From the NCBI GenBank assembly GCA_965207375.1, contig CBDBMG010000003.1, positions 672,001 to 736,000 of the forward strand: a stretch of DNA of 64,000 nt, given 5' to 3'. The stretch's first letter is position 1. Every line of letters begins with the position of its first letter. This DNA is from Nitrosopumilaceae archaeon (GTDB taxonomy: Archaea; Thermoproteota; Nitrososphaeria; Nitrososphaerales; Nitrosopumilaceae). Shown here piece by piece: positions 1 through 13,170 of this stretch. The translations under genes and the position numbers were made by a program. Under the pieces are notes generated by a model. It worked only from the letters and a program-made list of their open reading frames with translations, had not been told where the DNA came from and ran no database searches.

Positions 1-1738
1 TTTGGCAGGAGCTTATGATGCACTTCATTAGTAAAGCCACACCCATCAATAAGATTGATGACAAATATCATAAAAAGAAACCGAGAAGAAGTAAAACTTG
101 TTTAACTGGTTCTTCAAGTTTCATTAAGATTCCATTGTACTATATATCCATCTTATCCATGGTACGTACAATAGGATGGGATGAACAGTACATATACGTA
201 TGTAAATGGATAGTAGGATTCCATTTTACTTATCCTGGTCATGGTACAATAGGACAGACAGTGTGTTTTTTCAAGGTAAACTTATAAGTACACATTTAAA
301 GATAGAGCTATTGGACAAAGGGATATCCTCTTTAGAACAGTGAATTCTAATGACAAACTTGGAGTCGACTAACCACCACTCAGACAAAATTACCACCACT
401 CAGATACAGATAAAATGACCACAACTAAAAACTCACTGACCAGTACTAAAATATCAGAATGCTTAAGTCTTGCTAGGCATGCACTTTACACAAAACAAAA
501 TATCTACAAGGAATCCTAGACACAATTTGAGCATAGTTATTAAAGATCACTAAGATTCAGAGATTTAAAACACCTTTGTGTTACCACTGCCTACTAAACC
601 TGGGCACATCCCTGCATCTTGGCAGCAATATACGTATCAATAATATTGTTAGGGTGGGCATTATTAAGGAATCATTTGTCACACATGATACACACATGTG
701 TAATTTATTTGCTGGTAAGACCATACAAACCTACTTTTGTACTAACGCTTAGTAGTACGCACCTATAAATATCGATAGCTATATGTACCTCTATATCTCG
801 CTTACACTTCGCAGTAAGGACAACAACACGGTGAAAGTATTTCTCACCAGATTTGCTAAAGGGGACCTTAAACACATACCCAATTTTTCAACTCTAAAGA
901 AACATAACTAGTTTTTTTTAGCAATGAGTCTTCAGTTTTGTAACTTCCTCACAATATCATTGCATATTCTTAGTATATTAAACTTGTAGTGGCTGGTTTT
1001 TAGATGGTTTGCTTTAACAAGGTCCTTCCATTGCTATGAAGAACCTTCCAAAAATTGTAACAAATTCCTTTTATAATAGCACTTACAATAATCAATTGTG
1101 GGTTTGAATTTCAACAATACATTTCCACTTATACACATTTACTTTACAACAACAAGGTCAGTAACACATGAGGAAAGTATTTCAATGATAAAAATTACAA
1201 ATATTCGATTTGTTTGGATATTCGTTAGAATTTGGTTATTCGAATAATAAAATCAATATTCGGTATTCGTTTACTTATGTGTTATGAAATGTACAGTTGG
1301 AAATAGCTTTAATTACCTGCAATTTTGCTACAAGCAGTCTTGCATTACACTTAGTAAACTTGTACTATCAACAAATACTAAGATTTGGGGATTAATTCAT
1401 ATGTACTAAACTCAAATAATTATCATGGTATTCTGCTTGTACTGTAATGTATTTTTAGCATTAACAAATAGTTCGGTGTTCGTTCGTTAAGACGGTATTC
1501 ATTGCAGCCCTAATAAAAATAGTGGTAAGAACCAACTACGTATATTCATTGCATACATAATAAACTTTTCTGATAGACAGTGTCTGACACTCCTGTGAGG
1601 TCCTATTTAACTAACTTAGTTATATTCCTATTGTACGGACATATGTGCATATATAATATTGGCAAATTTTCCATTCGATCTCGAAACTTGTAATTTCCTG
1701 GCTAACAATTTGTCAACATGGTAACTGCATGAATTGCA

Positions 1739-1941
1739 TACTGTATAGTGCAAAAGTTTGATGGTGGAAAGCTCTTGACAATTTTGACGAATGGCTAGCA
1801 ATTCATCAAAGTTTTCCTACCAACAGTCTTCTCTTAATGCTTATCCTTTGAAACCCATAATCACAAATAATTCATCAAAGTTTTCCCTTGTTAAACTTTT
1901 TTGTGAATGGTTTTTCCTGCTTAATTTTTGTGCTATACAGT
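1739..1941. mobile_element. Degenerate pogo/Tc1-type MITE (TA-CTGTA...TACAG family)
   Basis: Starts tactgtatagtgcaaaa and ends ttttgtgctatacag (imperfect TIR). Same family style as the other TACCGTA elements in the window. Confidence 0.55.
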
Positions 1942-2641
1942 TTTCTATGGCAGAAAGTACACATGTTATGATTATCACAAAAAGATGACATCATGCACAA
2001 CATTGATAGCAACGCATATGCATTTAAATTTGTAGCTTAAAAGGTAGACTGTATTAATAAACTACTGGTAATATATCTGACTCACTCCTTTTATAGAAGC
2101 CACTCTTGGTTAGTAGCCGTACCTAAAATGGCTAAAAATACTTGTAGACATCATTCTAGAAAATACATTTTATTCAGTACGTAGTTACAGCCCTTTGCCA
2201 GATAAAAGTTATGCCATAGATCAGGAAGATGTCGGTGTTACAAAATTTCGTAAGGTTAATACTTCTACGAAATTAAAAAACACGAACATTTCTTTTTATT
2301 CTACAATTTATTTTATAATGCACGCTTACTAGTAAGTAACAGCAGAAAAGCGAACAAATCTGTGATATTGCTCTAGGAAGATGCCCTACGGTGATTAATA
2401 GTCTGGCGTAGCCGACCCATTTATGTGGCTCCCTTCTGAAAATAAAATGGTCTGGTATGCCTAGCATATAGTGCACTTGTGCCATATTATGTTGCTTTCC
2501 TCATTTGCCGTCTATTTAACCTTCTTCTTCAGTAAGCGCATCACGGGACTTCAAAGGGGAGGTGTTAACTAATGCAACATGGACAGCTCGTAAGACATCA
2601 AAGAAATTTTTGCCGGTTGCCGATCCCAGGTACGGAGTCTA

Positions 2642-3592
2642 AGTAGTACTTAATAGTAGGGATTGACACAAAAAACATGGTGTCCTACTTTTACGGGCCT
2701 CAATAACACGTGTCACAATATACCTTACCTAAAAAACTGACTGAAATGCATTGGTAACACTATAATAAAACTGTACCTTTGTTAAACGCCACAAAAATCC
2801 TACTGATGTGATCCATAAAGAATTTTTAAAAATTTAGTATTTTGTCTGACCACTGGCCTGCCGAACTACCGTAAGATCCACCAGCACTAGGAGTATGGCT
2901 CCATTTTTCACACAACAATGGTAATTGCATCCGATTTATAAAACTGTTCTTCAGATGAAGATTCATCCACTGCACCATGGTGTTTCTTTTCAAACTTCAG
3001 TATCTTCCTTTTTCTTTATTTGTGCCATTAAAAAAGGCAGAAATTCACAAGAGCAGGTGTCGATGAACTTGCGCCTTTGTTACGCAAAACAGCCTTGGTT
3101 TGCTTTTTGTGGCATACTTGCATAGTATATACATTTGCCTGCATAATCACATAATATAAATTAATCTGTCCTTACTTTTCTAGACACCTAAATCATTAGA
3201 GGCGCCTACCTAACTATATTTTACAGGCGCTTGTTAACAAGAGCGTTAACATGGTAAAGCAGCTGTATTATAGCGAAATACTTTTAAAAAACATCAAAAT
3301 CTATTGTCTAAGTTACGTATATATATTGGCTCATATTATGAAGTTCATGATGTAATAAAATACACATAAAAAACAGTAAAAACAGTATTAATGGCAGGCG
3401 CATTGCTAATTATGTCACATGTGACTAGAATAAATAAAATTTTAAAAAATAAGTATAGGGATCAATCTTTCACTGTGAGCCAAAAGTAGGGGTTAAACTT
3501 TAGTGCTCTCTTATGCCAAAAACTTGTTCCTTGTTTCCTTACTTTTTGTAGCAGTGAAATATTGATCCCTACTCACTTTTTAATTTTTATCA
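2642..3592 (+). mobile_element. Helitron-like non-autonomous element, family B copy 1 (older; palindrome partly deleted)
   Basis: The left end agtagtacttaatagtagggattg is the reverse complement of the 50157-50180 end of the 46088-50191 copy. 2820-3020 matches 46760-46860 plus 49860-49970 in reverse. 3425-3592 is a collapsed version of the 46088-46417 palindrome. Confidence 0.6.
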
Positions 3593-5149
3593 AGACTCAC
3601 GGTAGTGAGTTGCGAGGCCAAGAAGAAGCAGGCCGTACACGACAAATGAGTGAGTTATTTACACGTAGCACTGCTGCGAAATTTGTTTACGCCGCCATTG
3701 AAGCTATTGCTTAGTTATCTAGGACTTAGCATGTTCTAACTATATAGAATCAATAATCAGACAATGGAGGAAATCGGCATAGCCAGTCCTAAGTACCAGC
3801 CATTGCAAGTTTAATGGCACCCGTTTGTGCACCCACACTCAAAAAGCCATCCCCTTGGCACCCATTCACTCATTTACTAAATAAATAGTACCTTCAATGT
3901 ATGAAGAATCGTTGATCTGAAGTCGTTTGATATCCATGAGACGAGTTTTCCGCACGCGCCTTATAAACTCTTCCTTCCATCAAGGCGCTTGTCGGTTTTT
4001 TTCTTCTTCTGATTCTACTTTCAATTTTTATCGCACACTGTTCGTGGGCTTGTGGGAGTTTGTGTGAATCCTGAAAGTTTTTTCAAACTCTCTTTTTGCG
4101 TATTCATTTGTTTGTGCAATAACTCACTTATTTCTTAATGGATTTCAGCCAAAACTTTTATCAGCACTTCTTCCATGTATGCCCTACCTGTCATACCATT
4201 TTCAGCCTGTAAAAAGCACTTGAATTTATTTGTGATGGGCTATTACACTGCAGGTTGACAGTTACCATAACTTGGATCCCCTTCATGTGATTTGCATAAA
4301 ATTTCAGATACACAATCTATATTGATGTATTGAAAGTTTTAAAAAAATCTCGGGCCTGAGTTTTTCAATATTAAGATTTCAAAGTTGCATCTGTTTCATA
4401 TGCTTCTACATAATAGCCATACCGTACTCGTACAAATTTTCGAGGGACGTAAATTTTGCTGTTTTCGTGGATAATGTGTGGTCCACGAAAATTAAATCCT
4501 CGAAAATTTTATGTTTTATAATAGTGCGCACATAATCTATCGATACGAAATCCTGTAATCCTCGAAAATAAAATCGCAAAAATGCTGAATTTGTGGCATC
4601 CGCGAAATATACGTCCCTCGAAAATTTGTATGAGTACGGTATGCTATCAAGAAACATCCTGGATGCAAAAACTAAAGGTTTCTTGTCAGGATTTAACATA
4701 TTCTGTTTCTGAATACTTACAAAAAGCAGTGATATGCTAAACAAAAACAGCCTGGCTGTAAAAAAGTGCGAGGCCAATCAGAAGCCACAATGGTTACAAG
4801 CGATCAAAAACTCTGATATCAAGTAAGGCCAAGAAGTTGAACATTTTATTAAGAATCCTTTTACTTGAATGACATACAATAGCTTACAGGGCATTTCCAC
4901 AACTATGATTGGCTTTGTCACTTGGCCACCTTATAAAAGATGATGGTACAAAAAGGTGGCCAAGTGATAAAACCAATCATAGTTGTGAAAATGCGCTGTA
5001 AACTGTTGTATGTCATTCAAGTAAAAGGATTCTTAAAATGTTCAACTTCTTGGCCTTACTTGATATCAGAGTTTTTGGTCGCTTGTAACCATTGTGGCTA
5101 CTGATTGGCCTCGCACTTTTTTACAGCCAGGCTATTTTTGTTTAGCATA
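3590..5149 (+). mobile_element. Helitron/Helentron-like non-autonomous element, family A copy 1, with terminal ~417 bp palindrome (4733-5149)
   Basis: Starts A|TCAAGACTCAC-GGTA-GTGAGTT-GCGAGGCCAA. Body is homologous to 26045-27533 and to the reverse complement of 55137-56788. Ends in ~200 bp inverted arms with a ~20 nt loop. No TSD. Confidence 0.75.
4420..4641. mobile_element. pogo/Tc1-type MITE nested in family A copy 1
   Basis: TIR taccgtactcgtacaaattttcgagggacgta / tacgtccctcgaaaatttgtatgagtacggta, with TA flanks. Confidence 0.8.
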
Positions 5150-6764
5150 CTATTAACTCCCCCAACAATAAACCAAAATGTATAAAAGCAACCAAACCAC
5201 ATCAACAAAATGCCAATACCATGTTGCTTCCAAGTTAACTGATAAAAAGATACGTCTATTACAAAAATCATTAACCTAAACAACACCTTTAATTAAACAA
5301 GCTCTACACTTCAATATAAATGGAAATTGTAGCTATAATGTTTGTATTTAAGTTGTTCTACAACATGTTTTCTTGTAAAACTCTTGTAGAGCTACTACAA
5401 GCTAACAAGAACACAATAACCAAAACCTTTGGCATCTGGAAACTTATGAAGTGTTATCTTTTACTGCCTATAGTTATGCTTCTATAACCCTTGCTGTGGT
5501 AAAGACAAAATAACAATAGTACAATACATTGTGCTAGGTTGTTTCAATGGCATTTCAATGTAAAATTAATTACTGGCCCCATTCAAAATGGCGTCGATAA
5601 AGTGGGCGTAGTTTTGGAAAGTGTCTATAGTATCGATATTGTAGCGTTAGTTACCAATTAACCGGATGAAAAAGTAATCTGATTTTTTCGCCTGTTAAAA
5701 TACCTTATAGAACACACAGCATGCTCAATACAACAAGTAGACTACATAGAATAATGCAATGACGTATAATTCCCGCAAAACCAATCAATGATGCAATAAT
5801 CACAACCTCTAATATTTTGCGCGAAATCAATTATCAAAAACTGCATCAATTATCGGTTTCGCCATAGGCGATAATACATCAATTATCAGTCGACTCAGCC
5901 AGCAGTACATCAATTATCGTTTCAGTGCAAATCGATTTTACTGCCAGTAAGCCTACTCAAACAATTGTCCTGTATCTTTCTACATAGAGCAATTGTTCAC
6001 GAACCTGTTTTTGATCCACTTTCAAACAAAGGATAGTGATACGCATGCGTACGCGCACTGATGGTCGTCACACCTTGGTGCCAGAAACCAGCCAAACAAC
6101 CAGCTTTTCAGCCCATTTCTTTTATAACACTTTTTTGAATGTATTAACAAATCCGTTCTTCGATGTAACTTTTTTGTATTGGCAAGTTTTCTTCAGGTGG
6201 GTGAAGGAAACCAACGAAACAACCAACCTTCAAGCTCGTTTCTTTTATAACGCGGTGTTCTATTGATTAACAGACTTACCCATCGGTATAGTTAATCTCT
6301 ATTGGCAAGTATTCTCCTTTCTAGAATATTTCCCGCAAACGAACGTGTTGCCTGTCACATGCCTCTTCTGTAATGATTGAAGCTACGTATGAGGATTTGT
6401 TTGGTTGCATGTGGTTAAGGCCAGTTTTCTGGCCTTTGCATTTTCGGTGCTTTCGTAAAGTGGCCAGTATTCTGGCCTTTGCAGGTTAAGGGGTTAATAC
6501 ACTTCACATGGCACATATAGGCATGATTTCCGAAATTCACCTCAGAACTCTTACAAGCCTCTGGGGGTAACAATTAGCCAAGAAAGATCCAAGTATGCCT
6601 GCTTCAGCCAGTTCCTTGGCCATAAAGGTTGCATTTATCTTACAATGCTTAAGACTGTGGCCCTATTCAAAATGGCAGAACAAATGTTACCATGGCAATT
6701 ACGTACTTTTGGAAAGTATCTATTGATGGGTGGGGCTTTAGTAACAAAGCGGATCATGAGTTAC

Positions 6765-6890
6765 TGCCAAAGAAGAGCAATGTAATGCTGTATTTGCCAT
6801 TCATTTCACAGTAAAAGCCGTTTAAACAGTTGTACATTATTAACAAGACGGAGCAATTCAGTTTTATAAGTGTATATGCTGCGCAGTAGC
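6765..6890 (-). repeat. Dispersed repeat fragment (other copies at 13866-14110 and 33512-33690)
   Basis: The reverse complement matches aaaactgaagtgctccgtcttgttagtaatgtacaac...ttttactgtgaaatgaa at 14032-14097. Confidence 0.6.
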
Positions 6891-7645
6891 CTGGTGTAGC
6901 CGACCTTTTTATAAAAAATAAAAGGGTATGGTTACTTTAGCAAAGTGAACTTGTTCAAATGGAATGTTAATTAAGAAGCTTAGATTACACATTTCAAAAA
7001 CAACATAATCAGAAACCAAGGCAACTTACATCCCTTTCACACTATCCCTGATTACTCACAATGGATAATAACCTGGGTTGTAGAACTCAAGTTAGCTCTT
7101 GTTCACATTACTACTCAAAACTACAGGCCAATTCGAGTTCAAGATTGCACGCCAAAGTAAATATTTGTTATTCAGTGCCTATCGGAGTAATGCTGAAGTT
7201 GAAGTGACTAAAAGCAGCGAAGCGAAGAACAAGGCAGAAGGTGCACAATAGTATAGTATAGTTTCGACAAAGTGGAGCACTGCAGTACTGTCCACACCAT
7301 TTGATTTATTATCAAAAAATTGAGTATAATTACAATTTCTGTACTAGCCATTTAAAAATGTCATGATTTTTACTTTTGCCATAACTTTGAGGTTGGCTCA
7401 CTAATAACAAAAAATCTATAATAGTACAATACATCGTTGTACCTTACTTCATTCTTCTTCATCGTCCATTTCGCCATCAACATTAATATCTTCAGGCGCT
7501 ATAAATCAGCATAAAAGCACGAAAAATAACTTTTTATTATTGTCATACCTTCTTTGTCTGTAAAAGCAGACTAGCACACTATGCACGCAGAGGAGGTACG
7601 ACACACACACGTGAGCCAATACATTTAGTACAACATTCATTTCTT

Positions 7646-7853
7646 TACCGTATGGCTGGAAATTTTCGAGGGATAAAAAGTTCGCTGTTTTTGTGGATTT
7701 TGTTATAACCTTGAAAATTTTTATCCTCGAAATTAGTAATTAATAGTGCGTATTAATTGATAATTAGCTAAACCTCGAAAAAATTTTTGCAAAATGTTTT
7801 CCAGAGCTCAACTACGAAAATTTAGTCCCTCGAAAATTTCCAGCCATACGATA
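7646..7853. mobile_element. pogo/Tc1-type MITE
   Basis: TIR taccgtatggctggaaattttcgaggga / tccctcgaaaatttccagccatacgata. Confidence 0.8.
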
Positions 7854-7991
7854 CTTCTATTTTGCTCCAAATATCGATTTTTACTATGTTTATATAACAG
7901 TGAGACATTATGCGCTATCAACCCCATTCAAACCCACTACTCCCAGCGAGTAAATTGCACCGATAGACAAAAGGCATCACGTGCTCATTAA

Positions 7992-10900
7992 GTGCGCCGA
8001 TGTGATGGACATGGGGATTGCACGAGAACTCTGACACCTGAAATCGTGACTAAAAAGCGACCTAGAACCTCACCTACTCTACATACGCCTCAAAGAAATA
8101 CCAAGAGAATGCCCCTACGAGAGAGAGCGCTTAATTCTACCATGCGCGTGGCACTGCGACAGATAAGGTTGCCCTTTGACCAACCATCGCCTGTTGACCA
8201 AGCAACACAGAAGCCTAGAGAGAAGTGGTCTGATGCAGAAATCGAGGCCCTTGTGGAATTCGTTTTGTTTCATTCAGCTGGAGACATGCAGTTGGCCAAC
8301 CCACAAGCAAGATGGTTTTTGGAGGAATTCTTATAGAAGAGAGCCAAAACTAGTATGCGTAGAACTGGTAAGTATATTAGATAAAATATATACTTGGCTT
8401 ATGTGAGGTTGAAATTGTATAGCCAGTGCTTGCCGATTCAAAGTTATTGGTTGGCTGTCTAAGAAGTTTAAATCACCTAAGGAGGCTGAAAAATTCTTTG
8501 CTAAAGTGGAAAGCAACTCCTCAGCAAGTGTAAACACATGCAACAGGAGCACCATGAATGTTTGTAAAAGTGTACAAACAGAAGATGTTAATCCTTCCAC
8601 TGTTTATTACTTATATGATAAGCTTTTAGCAGAGGTAAAATTGAAAGTGTTGTTCTCCACATACATGACATCTGATATGTGTGTGTCTGTCCCTGGTGAT
8701 TTTCTGACTTACACCGCAAAGGCTATGATGAATTTGAAGAGCAGTGGGCGTATTAATGTGCTCTACAATTTGGCTAAGGGAATAGGGTCACTAAGGGCTG
8801 ATGATACTACTTTAAGATTTCCGACTGATCGTATGCTGATGGGTTTAATTGAGTACATTGCTAGCTTCTATGTCTGCGATGATGTGAATCAGGTATTAGA
8901 TTACAATAAAGGTGTTTATATTATATAATATTATTGCCTGCTTACTACAAACAATCATACAATACTATTTGATTACTTAAATTTAGTAGGACCTGAAGTA
9001 GCACCTTGCTTATTGTTCACTACAGCATAGGGCTCTCCATTGCTGTTAAATGTGAATTATAAGTAAACTATTATGTAGAGTACTATTGGTTATATAGATT
9101 ACTTGTCCAGTTGATTATCGTTTGTGGCAACAAACAATGTTTAGCCAATTTGGAATTAAGTGGACAGCATTACATCACGGACCACTGTGGAGTGCAGCAT
9201 CTAATGATGGAGAAGTCAATTCAAACAAACGAGACCCAATGACAGTAAGGATTTTTAAAAAATACTTGTTCTAGACATACAATGTTTTACAGGCTTTAGT
9301 TAATATACTGGCACTTTCTGTAAGGACCTTGGAACGGGATATTGCTTCTAGTGGTGTAACATTGAACTCTCAAATACAAGTATGACTTCTTGTTCTATCT
9401 ACACACACATGAATATCGTAATTTCTAGCTAAGTGTTCTTGATTAAGCTGTGAAGTCACACCCTACTGCATGGTGGTGGCTGAAAGCTGATGGATGTGAC
9501 TTGGTCAAGGGTCTCAAAGAATCTGTGAAATTACAGTGGAGTGGAGATGTAGATTTGAATGATGGCCAACTCCAGAAACAGTATAAGGCATAGGCGTCGG
9601 AACCGGGGGGCCATGGCCCCCACAGATTTTGTAAAATGTATTTTGGCCCCCCCACTTTTTACCAGCTTAACCTAGGATGGCCAGGATGTTTCCAGTCAAG
9701 CAAACACAAGTCTACATACTATTAATGCTATTGTATTCTAATATATTAGAACGAGTAATTTATTTTGAGCTAACAAGTATACAAGATTCGATCCAGTACC
9801 TTTTTATGAACAAAAGTTGTTTCATCATTAAAATATCAAGTAAGTCTTGAAAGGAAAATGAAGACATAAGTTAAATAAAACGGTGTTGTATTCTAATATA
9901 TTCGAGTGATTAATAAATGTTGATCCAGTAATTGAATGAGGTTAGTGAGTAAATAAGTTAGCTTTTTGTTTATAGAGTGTAAGCAAAGCTTATTACTGTC
10001 TATATGTAGAGAATGCCTACAACTCAGTGCTTATCGGCCTCCCACGCAATTAATTATATATTCTGGAAATTAGAAGCTATATAGCTAGCTAGACTAGCTA
10101 GTATATGAGTGTTGTGATTAGTCATTCCTAAGCTAGATCCCATGCATTAATAGCTATTTTAGCTGAGATAGGTAGCTAGTTAGTCTACTATAGCTACTAG
10201 CTACTTGTTTCATATAGCCATAATTTTTAAAAAATTCTATTAGACATACAATAGCTATAGCTAACTGTATAACTAATACCTAGTAACCATTAATCATGCA
10301 GCTAACTAGCTATAATCAATCATGTTATTCAGTTCAAGCTGTGATAATGGCATTGATTCAGTGAAATCATTTCCTATCATTTCTTGCATAAACTGCCACC
10401 AAAATCAATCTCAGAGCATGTAATTTTCCAAATTTTCCTGGGGGGACATGCCCCCAGACCCCCCTAGCTTTAGCATGCTTCGCATGCTGATTGTGCTTCG
10501 CACAACATAGCTGATAGGACTAAAAGCTATTCTAACATCACATTTTGGCTGGCTATGCTGGTTACTGAGAATATATTTGGCCCCCCAGTATAAAACATCT
10601 TCCTATGCCTATGGTATGAGGAATATGTGAGCCTTTTGGAGTCAGTGAAGAAGGCTGGCCTAGTGCCAGAATGTGGCTCCAATGAACTAACACATATTTT
10701 GGAGGATGTTACAAAAGATTTACAATATGTTCAATCAGGTATGCAGGGTTAATGTATTGACAATAATCATACCATGTTATGTTTAGAATTAAAGAATTCA
10801 AATGATACTTATTCCCGTAAGCTTCAGTCTGATCACTACAAGGAGAAGGATCTGATATCCCTTGCTTGGAAAGTCAAGGAGATCAGTCAGCTAGATAACA

Positions 10901-11876
10901 TGGGCCGGAAATGTTACAGAGACACCAGCAGTATAGTAGAGAAGATTTAGCGGGATCAGGACTTGTGGCAAGAAGAGAATATCCCAAAGCAGTTGACAAG
11001 CATCCGACAAAGCTTGATTTCATTCATCAAGGGAATTACTCGTCACCAGCGAATAGCTGCAACTCATATTCTGGTCTTCATGATCAGCTGTGAAGAAAGA
11101 AGATCAAAACCTTATGCTCTTCCTGTTCAGTGTATACCATATAAAGTGATATAAAGATCCGTGAGTTAGCCAACAATGTTATTCAAGAAATGGTGAAAAG
11201 AAATATGAAAGTAGCAGGTACTAATCTCTTGTATACTCAGTTGTTCGAATAATTGTATCTGTAAAAGCTAGGTTTTACTACTGATGTTGAATGAAACATT
11301 CTGCGAACAAAAGGAAATAGTCAGCCGTTGTCTGTATTTCAAATCTGTAGTGAAGCTAGAGCAAAATATTCACGAATGAAATTACAAAAGATGATTGCAA
11401 TGATCACTCCTCTCTGTATGTACTTGGTTGTAATGATAGTTCCGTTATACATATTATTTTTTTAGGTAATGCGGATGGATAAATCACTGCCACAATTCCT
11501 AATGCTGCTGTGGATGTTACTCTGCTTAAGCAAATATATGGTTGGACCAAAGCAGGTGCGACAGAAGATGATGTGATCGACCGTTTACAACTTCAAGCTG
11601 TACCAACTGGCTACACTATTCACACCTGGACAGAAGGTTTGTGTGATCATGTACGTATATACGTAGAAGTGGCCTTTATATTTTTATGATGCAGGAAAAC
11701 AGGAAAGCAAACTAGAGAAGTTGAAATCTATTTTGGCTCAACTTGAATATAAACATCAAGTCATGTTGTGGGTGTCAAAAGGAGTGCCTTTTAATAATCA
11801 TCTTTATGTGCCTGAAGCCCACCCTATAACAGGTTTGGAATTTTGTGAACGTGAGGATGAAGGTGACGTCTTTAAG
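7992..11876 (+). pseudogene. Intron-rich, disrupted DDE-transposase-like gene with N-terminal Myb/SANT-like domain
   Basis: About 10 GT-AG-bounded exon-like blocks. Motifs: WSDAEIEALVEF...WP...FW (SANT/trihelix-like), WWLKADGCD, HILVFMIS..KPYALPVQCIPY, GFTTD(V)E*N and EREDEG(D)VFK. It has frameshifts and stops, a MITE inside an exon, and is cut off by family A copy 2. Confidence 0.55.
9589..10613. mobile_element. hAT-type MITE inserted in an exon
   Basis: TIR cataggcgtcggaa / ttcctatgcctatg. 8-bp TSD gtataagg / gtatgagg. Removing it restores the frame QLQKQY-EEYVSLL. Confidence 0.8.
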
Positions 11877-11931
11877 GTAAGTTCTACTAAATGACAACAT
11901 AATGTGCTAGATTTTTCTTTAAGTATATGTA

Positions 11932-13170
11932 TATGCTAAACAAAAACAGCCTGGCTGTAAAAAAAGTGCGAGGCCAATCAGAAGCCACAATGGTTATAAG
12001 CGACCAAAAACTGTGATATCAAGTAAGGCCAAGAAGTTGAACATTTATTAAGAATCCTTTTACTTGAATGACATATAATAATTTACAGGGCATTTTCACA
12101 ACTATGATTGGCTTTGTCACTTGGCCACCTTATATATAAAAGATGATAGTACAAAAAGGTGGCCAAGTGACAAAGCCAATCATAGTTGTGAAAATGCCCT
12201 GTAAATTATTGTATGTCATTCAAGTAAAAGGATTCTTAATAAATGTTCAACTTCTTGGCCTTACTTGATATCACAGTTTTTGGTCGCTTATAACCATTGT
12301 GGCTTCTGATTGGCCTCGCACTTTTTTTACAGCCAGGCTGTTTTTGTCTAGCATATCACTGCTTTTTGTAAGCATTCAAAAACAAATTATATAATTTAAA
12401 CAAGTCCTGACAAGAAACCTTTTATAAAATATGCAGAGTAATAAAATTTCAAAGGGGAGAGAAGAAAGTTAATACTTAGGGTGTTTCCCTTGTAGTTCCC
12501 CCAAGTAACTAAAATGAACATATAAAGCATGTGTTATTAATATAATTGTTAGCTATGTAGGTGGAGAACAGTTGAGAACTTCAATGAAGGCTACATCATT
12601 GCCATCCTCTACTGACAGTCTATTGATCAATCTACAGGAGAAAACAATATTATAGTGTTTAAATAAAAATTTTGTATGCTAATAGTGACAGTGATCTCCT
12701 ATTTATAATGTGTGGCCACTGTTCACCTGTTGTTGTTTGGTATAATTATCATGCATGGCACATAAACATGAATGAAATCGTTAAAGGCTAATTTTGACAA
12801 ACTGAAGTGTCATAATTTCTTTAAACTTATACTGAAGATGCATATATCAATATAGCTTGTGTATCTAAAATTTCATTCAAATGATTTAGAGGGGTCTGAG
12901 TTATGGAAACTATCAACATACAGTGTAAAAGTATCTCTCAAATACATTGAGATATTTGCTTTATGCTGAAGTTGTTTGTCTGGTAGAGCATACATAGGAG
13001 AAGTGTTGATACAAATTTGGTTGAAATCCATGCAGAAATGAGTGAGTTACTAGATAAACAAGTGTATGTACTAAATGAGTGTTTCAAATATAAATTCCGG
13101 GATTCACGCCGGGGGTCACGCAAGCCCACGAAAAGTGTGCGATGAAAATGAAAGAAAGAAACAAAGAAGA
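11932..13170 (-). mobile_element. Family A copy 2 (5'-truncated), palindrome 11932-12355
   Basis: ~200 bp near-perfect inverted arms, followed by a body nearly colinear with 55553-56360. The TCAAGACTC end is missing. Confidence 0.75.
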
